A stretch of 64,000 nucleotides of DNA from Bryobacteraceae bacterium (GTDB lineage: Bacteria > Acidobacteriota > Terriglobia > Bryobacterales > Bryobacteraceae): assembly GCA_035295805.1 (NCBI GenBank), contig DATGII010000157.1:158-64157 (forward strand). Direction: 5' to 3'. This document shows positions 1 to 8,470 of the stretch, piece by piece. Position 1 is the stretch's first letter; the number at the start of each line of letters is the position of its first letter. The position numbers and the translations under genes were made by a program. The notes beneath the pieces were generated by a model. It worked only from the letters and a program-made list of their open reading frames with translations. It was not told the origin of the DNA and ran no database searches.

Positions 1-333
1 GTGCTCGAGCCTGACGATCTTCTCACCGTTGGCGTACTGATAGCCCACACCAGTGATTACGTCGCCCGGCTTCACCGTCGTCTTGGTCCAGCCATTGGCA
101 GTCATCCGGTTAATGGCGGGACCGCCGACCTTCCATTTCTCGCTCCGGCCGTCATTGCTCTGCACCTCGAGGGTGATCATCGGGTGCGGATTGGCCCAAT
201 CGAACTCGGTCACCGTGCCCTTTACCGTCACCAGCCGATCCATGTTTACGGGCCAGGAATGGTGCGCCGAAACAGGCACTGCGGCAGAGACCAATGCCAG
301 CATGACCAATGCGGGAATACCCAAGACCTTCAT
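1..333 (-). CDS. DUF6152-like small exported protein; start ATG at 333, 3' end runs off the window
   Basis: Absent from the ORF track (no stop inside the window). Reverse complement of 333->1 reads MKVLGIPALVMLALVSAAVPVSA/HHSWPVNMDRLVTVKGTVTEFDWANPHPMITLEVQSNDGRSEKWKVGGPAINRMTANGW... It has the same layout (signal peptide, A-x-A, then HHS; VTxxDWxNPH) as the ORF at 39253-39666. The overlapping + ORF 1-402 is Arg/His-rich with no motif. Confidence 0.7.
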   Translation of the reverse strand, partial: MKVLGIPALVMLALVSAAVPVSAHHSWPVNMDRLVTVKGTVTEFDWANPHPMITLEVQSNDGRSEKWKVGGPAINRMTANGWTKTTVKPGDVITGVGYQYANGEKIVRLEH

Positions 334-423
334 CGCGGCTCTCCTCCTTTGCTGCAATTTTATCAGGCTGAACTCCGGGAATCAGACCGGCGCCCGTTAT
401 GATAGACTCGGCGTCATTCAGGA

Positions 424-1713
424 GTGCCGATGAGACGTTCCGCGTTGATTTTCGCCCTGATTCTCGCCGCCGCCGTGGCGGCGCTGCCCGCATCTATCCA
501 AACCGCCAAACCCGAACAGAATGGCTTCTCGTCGGAGCGTCTGGCGCGCATTCACGAAATGGTTCAGCGGCACATCGACGACCACGATATCTCCGGCGCG
601 GTGACTCTGGTTGCCCGCAACGGCAAAGTGGTGCATTTCGAAGCCCATGGGCTGGCGGACATCGAAACCAAAAAGCCCATGTCCAAAGACTCGCTGTTCT
701 GGATCATGTCGATGACCAAGCCGGTCGTGGGCACGGCGGTGCTCATGATGATGGAAGAAGGCAAGCTGCGCCTGACCGATCCCATTTCGAAGTTCATTCC
801 GGAATTCAAAGGCATGAAGGTCGCGGTGATCGAGGAGCCGGCTCCGGGCGCGCGCGCACCCGCTCGGGCGACGCCCCCCGCGTTCTACACCATCCCCGCG
901 GCGCGGGAGATCACGGTTCAGGATCTGCTTACGCACGTATCGGGCCTCAATAGCGGCGGTCCGGCCAGCAGCGCGGAAGTGGCCAAGATCGCGCTCAAAG
1001 CCGGTGAGAGCCTCGCCGATTACATCCCGCGGTTGGGCACGACTCCGCTCGATTTTCAGCCGGGCACGCGCTGGCAGTACAGCGCGACCGCGGCCTTCGA
1101 CACCCTCGAGCGGGTTGTCGAAGTGGTTTCCGGCGAGCCCTTCGATCGCTTTGCCCGCGAGCGCATATTCGATCCGCTCGCCATGAAAGACACGGGCTAC
1201 CGGCCGTCAACGGAGCAGCTTTCTCGAATTGCCACGCAGTACCGCGGCGCCAATGGCGCGCTCGCCAGGGTAGATAGTAAAGCGATCTGGTTGAACAGCC
1301 CCACCTATTTATCCGGCGGCGGTGGACTCGAGAGCAGTGCCGGGGATTACCTGCAGTTCGCTCAAATGCTGGCCAACCGCGGCGAGTTGAACGGCAGGCG
1401 CCTGCTGGGACCGAAAACGGTTGAGCTGATGTCGTCTGTGTTCGTACCCGACACGCTCCCCGGCCGCGCCAAAGGCCGCGGATTCGGATTAAGCGTGCAG
1501 GTCATCAGCGACCACATCGCGGCCAACACCGCCATTTCCAATGGCAGCTTCGGTTGGGACGGCGCATTCGGCACGCATTTCTGGGTCGACCCCAAAGAGA
1601 AAGTCGTCGGGCTGTTCATGATCCAGGCGGCTGGCCCGAACCGCTCCATGAACCCGGATTTTGAAACCGCGGTAATGCAGGCGCTCGTGGAACCCGCCGG
1701 CGACCACAACTGA
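424..1713 (+). CDS. beta-lactamase-related serine hydrolase (class C / PBP-like), exported
   Basis: 429-aa ORF with signal peptide MPMRRSALIFALILAAAVAALPA and a Ser-x-x-Lys motif in WIMSMTKPVVG. Length and pattern are typical of the beta-lactamase family. Confidence 0.85.
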   Translation: MPMRRSALIFALILAAAVAALPASIQTAKPEQNGFSSERLARIHEMVQRHIDDHDISGAVTLVARNGKVVHFEAHGLADIETKKPMSKDSLFWIMSMTKPVVGTAVLMMMEEGKLRLTDPISKFIPEFKGMKVAVIEEPAPGARAPARATPPAFYTIPAAREITVQDLLTHVSGLNSGGPASSAEVAKIALKAGESLADYIPRLGTTPLDFQPGTRWQYSATAAFDTLERVVEVVSGEPFDRFARERIFDPLAMKDTGYRPSTEQLSRIATQYRGANGALARVDSKAIWLNSPTYLSGGGGLESSAGDYLQFAQMLANRGELNGRRLLGPKTVELMSSVFVPDTLPGRAKGRGFGLSVQVISDHIAANTAISNGSFGWDGAFGTHFWVDPKEKVVGLFMIQAAGPNRSMNPDFETAVMQALVEPAGDHN

Positions 1714-1727
1714 AAGTTTTTTCTGCG

Positions 1728-2129
1728 TTATCCGTTTTCGACCCGCGCTTTGATATCCGCGTAGGCCGCCGCGATCAGTCTGCGGAGCGCCGCGGCATCT
1801 ATCTCCGTCCGCGGCTTCAGCTTCACGTGCCGCATGAACTTGCCGCTGCCTTGCAGCAGGCGGGCCGGATCCGGCAGCGCCGCCCCGTGAAAGAACCCCA
1901 CGTTGACATGCGCCGTAAATACATTCACGTAGCCGAACGGCGCGTCTCCCAAGCAGGCAGTTGGACAGCCGTCATGCAAAAGTTCCCGGACTTCGTCGCC
2001 GCATTTTCTCATCAGCTCAAACCACTGATGCGCCATGGCTCCCAATTCCCCGGCATGCTCTTTCATCCACGCGTCGATCGCGGGATCCCTCTCGACCCCG
2101 CCGTTAAATCGCAGCAAGTCCGTTCGCAT
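1728..2129 (-). CDS. DUF1801 (YdhG-like) domain protein
   Basis: 133-aa ORF. VNVGFFHGAALPDPARLLQGSGKFMRHVKL matches my recollection of the DUF1801 consensus FxxGAxLxDPxxLLxGxGKxxRHxK. Confidence 0.65.
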   Translation of the reverse strand: MRTDLLRFNGGVERDPAIDAWMKEHAGELGAMAHQWFELMRKCGDEVRELLHDGCPTACLGDAPFGYVNVFTAHVNVGFFHGAALPDPARLLQGSGKFMRHVKLKPRTEIDAAALRRLIAAAYADIKARVENG

Positions 2130-2207
2130 CTCGTCGTTTCAATCTGTTATAACCCCGCGGGGCAGGCTGCCGGCCCGCGGTCGACTTTGCCGGGAGAGCC
2201 ACTCTGC

Positions 2208-2987
2208 TTATACCGGCTTCCCGCCCGCTCTTGCGGCTGGTCTTGCGGCGCGAGTGAGCCAGTCTTCAAACCGCGTCGCGCCGAGCCGCGCGTCCTCTTC
2301 CGGCAGTAGCGTCCTCTCGCTCACCGGGATGCCGTAGTATCGCCCGTGCGGGTCGGCGATCACCTCGCGCAGGTCGTGAAGCGCCGCCAGTGCCCGCCGG
2401 GCGAGTTCATCCAGACGAAACTTTTCCGGTCCCCCGATTTCAATCGTGCGCTTCACGGGTGAGCCCGTTGCAATTTTGGCCAGCGCCGTGGCTACATCCT
2501 CGGCAGCCATCGGCTGGATCAGCACGGGAGGCAGGCGTACCTGGTTGCCGTCGGTCGAAAAATCGGCGATCGGTTTGACGAACTCGAAGAACTGCGTCGC
2601 GCGGACGATCGTGTACGGCATCGGCGAAGCCTTGATCAGGTTCTCCTGGGCGAACTTGGCGCGGAAGAACCCGCTTTCCAGCAGACGCTCTGTTCCGACC
2701 ACTGACAGCGCGATGAAATGTCCGACGCTCGCAGTCGCTCCCGCCGCGAGGAGATTCCGGGTGGATGTCTCGAAGAACTGCAGCACGGCCGCGTCTTCCC
2801 AGGAAGGGGAGTTGGTGACATCGACCACCGCCGAAGCTCCCTTCAGCGCATTTGCGAGTCCCTCGCCGGTAATGCTGTTTACCCCCGAACTGGGAGCCGC
2901 GGCGATGGCTTCGTGTCCATGCTGACCAAGTTTTTGGACAAGCTTGGAGCCGATAAGCCCCGTGCCGCCAATAACTGCGATTTTCAT
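2208..2987 (-). CDS. NmrA-like / atypical SDR NAD(P)-binding oxidoreductase
   Basis: 259-aa ORF beginning MKIAVIGGTGLIGSKLV (GxxGxxG Rossmann N-terminus). Confidence 0.85.
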   Translation of the reverse strand: MKIAVIGGTGLIGSKLVQKLGQHGHEAIAAAPSSGVNSITGEGLANALKGASAVVDVTNSPSWEDAAVLQFFETSTRNLLAAGATASVGHFIALSVVGTERLLESGFFRAKFAQENLIKASPMPYTIVRATQFFEFVKPIADFSTDGNQVRLPPVLIQPMAAEDVATALAKIATGSPVKRTIEIGGPEKFRLDELARRALAALHDLREVIADPHGRYYGIPVSERTLLPEEDARLGATRFEDWLTRAARPAARAGGKPV

Positions 2988-3192
2988 GATTGCTCCTTTC
3001 CTTCCGCCGCTCCGATCGCCGACGTGCGACAGTTCGGCTCTCCCCTCACGATATCGCGGCCGGTTCGATCCCGAGACGCAGTTCTTTCACGCAACGCCGA
3101 ACGGTGTGAACGTTGACACCAGGGAAGTGGTGTTCGGGCGGTCCGGCCGGCCCGTGGCCGGCGCGCCACCGCCGCCGCTAATGCGAAAAAGT

Positions 3193-3891
3193 CTACGGGT
3201 GCAGAGGGAGCGTGGCTTTCCCGGCCGCGCCGGCGTAGATCAGTTCCAGCGAGCGAATGTTCTTCAGGTTGCCGCCGTAGGGAAAGTACAGCAAGCCGTC
3301 CTGCGGCAGCAAGCGGTCGCCATCGGCCAGCGCCGCTTTCCTCACGCGCTGAGCCCAGGCGCGGCGCAGTTCGGCGGGCGGACGCGGCGGTTCTTTGCTG
3401 GTGTCGTTGCCGCCCCCGCCGCCTCCGCCGCCTGAGAGAAGACCGCCGCCGCCCTTTTCCGGTTTTTCCGGCGGCGTCCACTCGGGGTCTTTCACCGACG
3501 TCCCGACGCGCTCGTACGGCTCGCCCGGTGTCGCATTCTTCTTACCGTTGATGCGCAGGGAAAAATCGTTGAACGAGATCGGCAGGCGCGTTCCCGCCGG
3601 TCCGAAGAATGCCACTTCCACCACGACGTACGAGTCGCTGGAAAGCGGCCCATCCGCGGTGGGGACGCCGTGACCCGCGAACTCCGCGGCCAGCGTGATT
3701 GCTCCCACTTTCGCTTGCGCCGGATAATCGGACGGCGCGCTTCGCGGCGGGAGCCCTTGTGGTTCATTGATCGTCCCGCCCACAGGCTGAATGGGGACGG
3801 ACTCGGCTGGCGGGGCGCTCGGCGTTTGCGCGCACAGACAAAGCGCCACTACCCCGAGAGATATGGTTCGGAAAGACACAATCAACCGCAT
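3193..3891 (-). CDS. hypothetical exported protein with internal poly-Gly tract
   Basis: 232-aa ORF with N-terminal hydrophobic segment ISLGVVALCLCAQTPSAP and the tract GGGGLLSGGGGGGGGND. No catalytic motif recognised. Confidence 0.55.
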   Translation of the reverse strand: MRLIVSFRTISLGVVALCLCAQTPSAPPAESVPIQPVGGTINEPQGLPPRSAPSDYPAQAKVGAITLAAEFAGHGVPTADGPLSSDSYVVVEVAFFGPAGTRLPISFNDFSLRINGKKNATPGEPYERVGTSVKDPEWTPPEKPEKGGGGLLSGGGGGGGGNDTSKEPPRPPAELRRAWAQRVRKAALADGDRLLPQDGLLYFPYGGNLKNIRSLELIYAGAAGKATLPLHP

Positions 3892-3937
3892 TTCAAAAAC
3901 ACGGTACCACCTTTGCGGGGAGATCCGCCGCCCGGCC

Positions 3938-5278
3938 TCAGTGCCCGTCGGCCTTCATCTTGCGCGCAATCAGAAACGCAAGTTCCAGCGCCTGCTCGTA
4001 ATTGAGCCGTGGATCGACTTCGGATTCGTAAGCGCGCGTCAGATCTTCTTCGCTTTGCCCGCGCGCCCCGCCGACGCACTCGGTCACATCCTCGCCCGTC
4101 AGCTCCACATGCACGCCGCCGAGGCGCTGGCCATAGGCGCGGTGGATCTCGAACGCCTGCTCCACTTCCGAATAGATATCGGCGAACTGGCGGGTCTTGA
4201 TTCCCGTCGCAGTCAGTTTGGTATTGCCATGCATGGGGTCGCACACCCACACCACGGCGCCGCCTGCCTTGGTGACCGCCTCGATCAGGCCTGGCAGTTC
4301 CTCCTCGATCCGCCGCGCGCCGAAACGGTGGATGAACGTCAAACGGCCGGGCCTCCGCTGCGGATCGAGCACATCCAGCCACCGCGCCACCTGCTCGCAG
4401 CTCACGCCCGGCCCCAGCTTGATGCCCACTGGGTTCTCTATGCCCCGCAGATATTCGATGTGCGCGCCATTGGGATCATTGGTGCGCAGCCCCACCCATG
4501 GGAAATGGGTCGAAAGATTGAACCACCCGGTGCGCCGCGGCACCGTGCGGGTCTGCGCCTCCTCGCAGGCCAGGTGCAAGGCCTCGTGCGCCGTGAAAAA
4601 ATCGATGCGATCCGTTTCGCCGGCGCGCACGCCCAGCACGTGCTCCATGAAATTCAGGGATTCGCCGATCATGTAGACCATGTGGTGGTATTCATCGCCC
4701 AAGGGCGAATGGCGCACCCAGTCCAGGTCGAAATATTCGGGGTGATGCAGGTCCGCGAAGCCGCCCTTCACCAGCGCGCGAATGAAATTCAGGGTCAAGG
4801 CCGCGCGTTCATAGCCGCGCAGCAGCAGCTCCGGATCCGCCGAGCGCGCCTCCGCCGTAAATTCCGGACGATTGACGTTATCGCCTCGGTAGGAAGGCAG
4901 CGGCACCCCATTTCGCGTTTCGGTGTCGGCCGAGCGCGGCTTGGCGTATTGTCCGGCAAAGCGCCCGATTCGTACCACTGGCCGTTGCGCGCCCACCACC
5001 AGCACCAGGCTCATCTGGATCAGGACTTTCAGCGTGTTGGTAATCCGCGTCGAGGTGCAATCCACAAAGCGCTCGGCGCAATCGCCGCCCTGCAGCACGA
5101 AACGCCGCCCCGCCGCGGCTTCGGCCAGTTGCTCGCGCAGTTGGAGCACCTCCCAACTGGTTACCAGCGGTGGCAGCCGGCGCAATTCCTCCAGAACGCG
5201 TTCCAGCTGCCGCGCATCGGGGTAGTCCGGTTGCTGCAGCGCGGTCCGGGAGCGCCATGAATGGGGAGTCCAAGTCAC
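3938..5278 (-). CDS. 3-deoxy-7-phosphoheptulonate (DAHP) synthase, class II
   Basis: 446-aa ORF. PSYRGDNVN, WVCDPMHGNT and the overall length are typical of class II DAHP synthases. Confidence 0.9.
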   Translation of the reverse strand: MTWTPHSWRSRTALQQPDYPDARQLERVLEELRRLPPLVTSWEVLQLREQLAEAAAGRRFVLQGGDCAERFVDCTSTRITNTLKVLIQMSLVLVVGAQRPVVRIGRFAGQYAKPRSADTETRNGVPLPSYRGDNVNRPEFTAEARSADPELLLRGYERAALTLNFIRALVKGGFADLHHPEYFDLDWVRHSPLGDEYHHMVYMIGESLNFMEHVLGVRAGETDRIDFFTAHEALHLACEEAQTRTVPRRTGWFNLSTHFPWVGLRTNDPNGAHIEYLRGIENPVGIKLGPGVSCEQVARWLDVLDPQRRPGRLTFIHRFGARRIEEELPGLIEAVTKAGGAVVWVCDPMHGNTKLTATGIKTRQFADIYSEVEQAFEIHRAYGQRLGGVHVELTGEDVTECVGGARGQSEEDLTRAYESEVDPRLNYEQALELAFLIARKMKADGH

Positions 5279-5348
5279 GGGTTTTCAGGTTAGCACAGGC
5301 ACACTTGCGGCCACTTTTGGGCGCTGGCGTGCATCCGATAATTCTAAT

Positions 5349-6305
5349 ATGCGTGATTTTCAAAGCTTGTCGGAGCGCGAAATCCTGGCCTTGGCGATCG
5401 CGCTGGAAGAGGAAGACGAGCGCGTCTATGCCGATTTCAGCGAAGGGCTGCGCGCCAATTACCCCGCGTCGGCCGCCGTGTTTGACGGCATGCGCGAGCA
5501 GGAGTCCGGGCACCGGCGCCGCCTCATCGAACTATACCGCGACAAATTCGGCGATCACATCCCCTTGATTCGCCGCCAGGATGTCCGCGGATTTGTCCAC
5601 CGGCGGCCGGTCTGGCTGGTTCGGCCGCTGGGCCTCGACGTGGTGCGGAATCAAGCCGGCGCCATGGAAGCCGAGACGCGCCGCTTCTACGAGAAAGCCG
5701 CCGCCCGGACCAGCGACGTCCGCATCCGCCAACTCCTCGACGATCTGGCCCAGGAGGAGCGCGGCCATGAAGAGCGTGCCGATGAGTTGGAAAGAACCGA
5801 GCTCACCCCCGGAGCCAAACACGCGGAAGATGAAGCCAAACGGCGCCTGTTCGTGCTGCAGATTGTACAACCCGGCTTGGCCGGCCTGATGGATGGTTCC
5901 GTATCGACTCTCGCCCCGGTGTTCGCCGCTGCCTTTGCGACTCACAAGCCTTGGGACGCGTTTTTGGTTGGTCTGGCCGCATCGGTCGGCGCCGGCATCA
6001 GCATGGGTTTCGCCGAAGCGCTGTCGGACGACGGCAGCCTCACCGGCCGCGGCCACCCGTGGGTGCGCGGCATCATCTGCGGCCTCATGACAGCCCTGGG
6101 CGGCATCGGCCACACACTGCCGTTCCTGATCGACAACTTCACCGCCGCCTTTTCCACCGCGATCGCCGTGGTCGTGCTGGAACTCGCCGTCATCACCTGG
6201 GTGCGCCACCGCTACATGGAGACGCCTCCTCTCTCGGCGGCCCTCCAGGTGGGCTTAGGCGGGGTCCTGGTATTCGCCACCGGGATCCTCATCGGCAGTT
6301 CGTAA
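5349..6305 (+). CDS. mbfA: erythrin (ferritin-like) domain fused to VIT1/CCC1 iron-transporter domain (MbfA-type membrane-bound ferritin)
   Basis: 318-aa ORF. The N-terminal half has two ExxH pairs (EQESGHRRR, AQEERGHEER). The C-terminal half is polytopic (GLAGLMDGSVSTLAPVF, GISMGFAEALSD), as in VIT1-family proteins. Confidence 0.8.
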   Translation: MRDFQSLSEREILALAIALEEEDERVYADFSEGLRANYPASAAVFDGMREQESGHRRRLIELYRDKFGDHIPLIRRQDVRGFVHRRPVWLVRPLGLDVVRNQAGAMEAETRRFYEKAAARTSDVRIRQLLDDLAQEERGHEERADELERTELTPGAKHAEDEAKRRLFVLQIVQPGLAGLMDGSVSTLAPVFAAAFATHKPWDAFLVGLAASVGAGISMGFAEALSDDGSLTGRGHPWVRGIICGLMTALGGIGHTLPFLIDNFTAAFSTAIAVVVLELAVITWVRHRYMETPPLSAALQVGLGGVLVFATGILIGSS

Positions 6306-6354
6306 CGCCGGCAATGCTATCCTGGAGAGAGTCCCCAACACTGGTACACACGTC

Positions 6355-7746
6355 TTGAAAGTCGGTTTTGTCAGTCTGGGCTGCCCCAAAAACCTGGTCG
6401 ACAGCGAGGTGATGATGGGTGAACTTGTGGCTCGCGGCCACGAGTTGACCCCGCATCCCGACCAGGCCGAAGTGCTGGTGGTCAATACGTGCAGCTTCAT
6501 TGATCCAGCCAAAAAAGAATCCGTCGACACCATCCTGGAAATGGCCGAATACAAAAAGATCGGCCGCGCCAGAAAGTTGATCGTGGCCGGCTGCCTGGTC
6601 GAGCGTTACCGCGGCGATATCCGCAAGGAAATGCCGGAAGTCGACGCCATCATCGGCACCAACGAGTTGGAGAGGATCGTCGCGCTGTGCGAAGGCAGCG
6701 ACGCGCCCGCGCCAACGGCCCAGCCGTATCTTTATCACGATCTGACGCCCCGCGTGCTTTCCACGCCCCGGCATTTCGCCTACATCAAAATTGCCGAAGG
6801 CTGCGATCACCCATGCACGTTCTGTGTAATCCCGCAGTACCGCGGCGCCTTTCGCAGCCGCCGCTTCGAATCCGTGATTTCCGAAGCTACTCGCCTGTTC
6901 CAGCAAGGCGTGCGCGAGATCAACCTGATCGGCCAGGACACCACCTGCTACGGCGAAGATCTCGGTTTGAAAGACGGCCTCGCCGCGCTGCTCGAGCGGC
7001 TGGCGCAGATCGAAACACCGCGTGAAAAGTGGATCCGTTTCCTCTACGCCTATCCCAACAAAATCACGCAGAAGCTGCTCGACACGCTCGCGGCCCACCC
7101 CGCCCTGGTGAAGTATATCGATATGCCGCTGCAGCACGCCAGCGCGCGCGTTTTGAAGCGCATGAAGCGCGGCGCGTCGGGCGATATTTTTCTCAAACTT
7201 CTGGAGCGCATCCGCCGCACAATTCCCGGCGTCGCAATCCGCACCAGCTTCATTGCCGGTTTCCCGGGCGAAACCGCTGCGGACTTCGAGGAGCTCTGCC
7301 AGTTTGTGCAAGCCGCGCAGTTCGAGAATCTCGGCGTGTTCGCGTATTCGGATGAAGACACCAGCGCCAGCTTCCGCCTCGACGATAAAGTGGACGGCCG
7401 CACGATTCAGAATCGCAAACGGCGCCTGATGGCGCTCCAGCGCAAGATCGCGCGTGCCCGCCATCGCAAGCTGGTAGGCAGCGAGGTCCCGGTGCTGGTG
7501 GAAGGACCGTCGCAGGAAACCGATCTGCTCTGGGAAGGGCGCCGGCCAACCCAGGCGCCGGAGATCGACGGCGCCACGTTAATCAACGATTTCGAAGGCG
7601 CCGAGCCGCAAGCGGGCGAAATCCGGATGCTGCGCATCACCGAATCGCACGACTACGACGTGGTGGGCACGCTGCTCGCTCCCACCGAACCCCCTCCCCG
7701 GTTTGCGCCCGCGCCGCTCATCAACATCAGTCCGGTGCCTGCATGA
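6355..7746 (+). CDS. rimO: ribosomal protein S12 methylthiotransferase RimO
   Basis: 463-aa ORF with MTTase N-terminus [18 protein letters not shown] and radical-SAM CDHPCTFC (CxxxCxxC). Confidence 0.92.
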   Translation: MKVGFVSLGCPKNLVDSEVMMGELVARGHELTPHPDQAEVLVVNTCSFIDPAKKESVDTILEMAEYKKIGRARKLIVAGCLVERYRGDIRKEMPEVDAIIGTNELERIVALCEGSDAPAPTAQPYLYHDLTPRVLSTPRHFAYIKIAEGCDHPCTFCVIPQYRGAFRSRRFESVISEATRLFQQGVREINLIGQDTTCYGEDLGLKDGLAALLERLAQIETPREKWIRFLYAYPNKITQKLLDTLAAHPALVKYIDMPLQHASARVLKRMKRGASGDIFLKLLERIRRTIPGVAIRTSFIAGFPGETAADFEELCQFVQAAQFENLGVFAYSDEDTSASFRLDDKVDGRTIQNRKRRLMALQRKIARARHRKLVGSEVPVLVEGPSQETDLLWEGRRPTQAPEIDGATLINDFEGAEPQAGEIRMLRITESHDYDVVGTLLAPTEPPPRFAPAPLINISPVPA

Positions 7747-7925
7747 TCCGCTGCCCCATCTGCAAGAAGGAAGTCGCGCCGGGCGCGCCGGAATTTCCCT
7801 TTTGCAGCGAGCGGTGCAAGCTGATCGATCTGGGCAACTGGGCATCCGGCAAGTACGTCATCTCGACTCCGTTGAAACCCGGCGAATTGCCCAGACAAAC
7901 CGATGACGACTCCGAAGGAGAATAG
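7743..7925 (+). CDS. yacG: DNA gyrase inhibitor YacG (zinc ribbon)
   Basis: 60-aa ORF. Its ATG overlaps the rimO stop (ATGA at 7743-7746). CPICKK...[14 protein letters not shown] signature. Confidence 0.8.
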   Translation: MIRCPICKKEVAPGAPEFPFCSERCKLIDLGNWASGKYVISTPLKPGELPRQTDDDSEGE

Positions 7926-8382
7926 GCGCGCCGACCTGATCTCCACCTGGTTCGGCTGCGGCTACGCGCCCGCCGCGCCGGGCACCGCTGGCTCGCTCGC
8001 CGCCCTGGCGATCGGCATCCTGCTCCATGAAGCAGCAGGGTTCAAATGGTGGGCGTTCCTTCTTCTGAGTGCTCTCGCCTTTGCACCCGCGGTCTGGGCG
8101 GCCACCCGCACCGCGCGCGCGCTCGGTGTCAAAGACCCCGGCCTCGTCGTGGTGGATGAGGTGATCGGCCAATGGATCGCGCTCGCCGGAGCACATCCGT
8201 TCAACTGGAAAAGTTACGGAGCCGCCTTCCTGCTGTTCCGATTGTTCGATATCTGGAAGCCGGCGCCCGTGCGGCAACTGGAGCAGCTGCCGGAAGGCCT
8301 CGGCATCATTGCCGACGATGTAATGGCGGGCTGCTATGCAGCGCTGCTGCTGTGGCTGGGCGGCTACCTGCGCCTTTACTAA
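7903..8382 (+). CDS. pgpA: phosphatidylglycerophosphatase A
   Basis: 159-aa ORF with [21 protein letters not shown] and [10 protein letters not shown]...RLFDIWKP motifs. Confidence 0.85.
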   Translation: MTTPKENRRADLISTWFGCGYAPAAPGTAGSLAALAIGILLHEAAGFKWWAFLLLSALAFAPAVWAATRTARALGVKDPGLVVVDEVIGQWIALAGAHPFNWKSYGAAFLLFRLFDIWKPAPVRQLEQLPEGLGIIADDVMAGCYAALLLWLGGYLRLY

Positions 8383-8387
8383 CTTTC

Positions 8388-8470
8388 GGAGTTTCGGGGA
8401 CAGGCTACTAAACTAACCAAACTCTGCCAGCCGTCTCGGGTTGGGATTACGTCGCCTGTCCTCGAAACTC
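8388..8470. repeat. long inverted repeat (17-bp arms, ~48-nt spacer) between convergent pgpA and the G8 gene; REP/bidirectional-terminator-like
   Basis: The left arm gagtttcggggacaggc (8389-8405) matches the reverse complement of the right arm gcctgtcctcgaaactc (8454-8470) at 16/17 positions. The arm shares GTTTCGGGGACAGG with the 85-bp repeats at 16633 and 17770. Confidence 0.6.

Noticed and set aside
1-402. 133-aa + strand ORF at the window edge
   Set aside because: The opposite strand encodes a protein with a signal peptide and clear similarity to the ORF at 39253-39666. The + product has no features.
3791-5260. 489-aa + strand ORF
   Set aside because: It is antisense to the class II DAHP synthase gene, which has clear family motifs. 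The + frame product is Arg/Ala/His-rich with no motif, a typical high-GC shadow ORF.
6289-7464. 391-aa - strand ORF
   Set aside because: It is antisense to rimO, which has radical-SAM CxxxCxxC and the MTTase N-terminus. No motif was found, so it is a shadow ORF.
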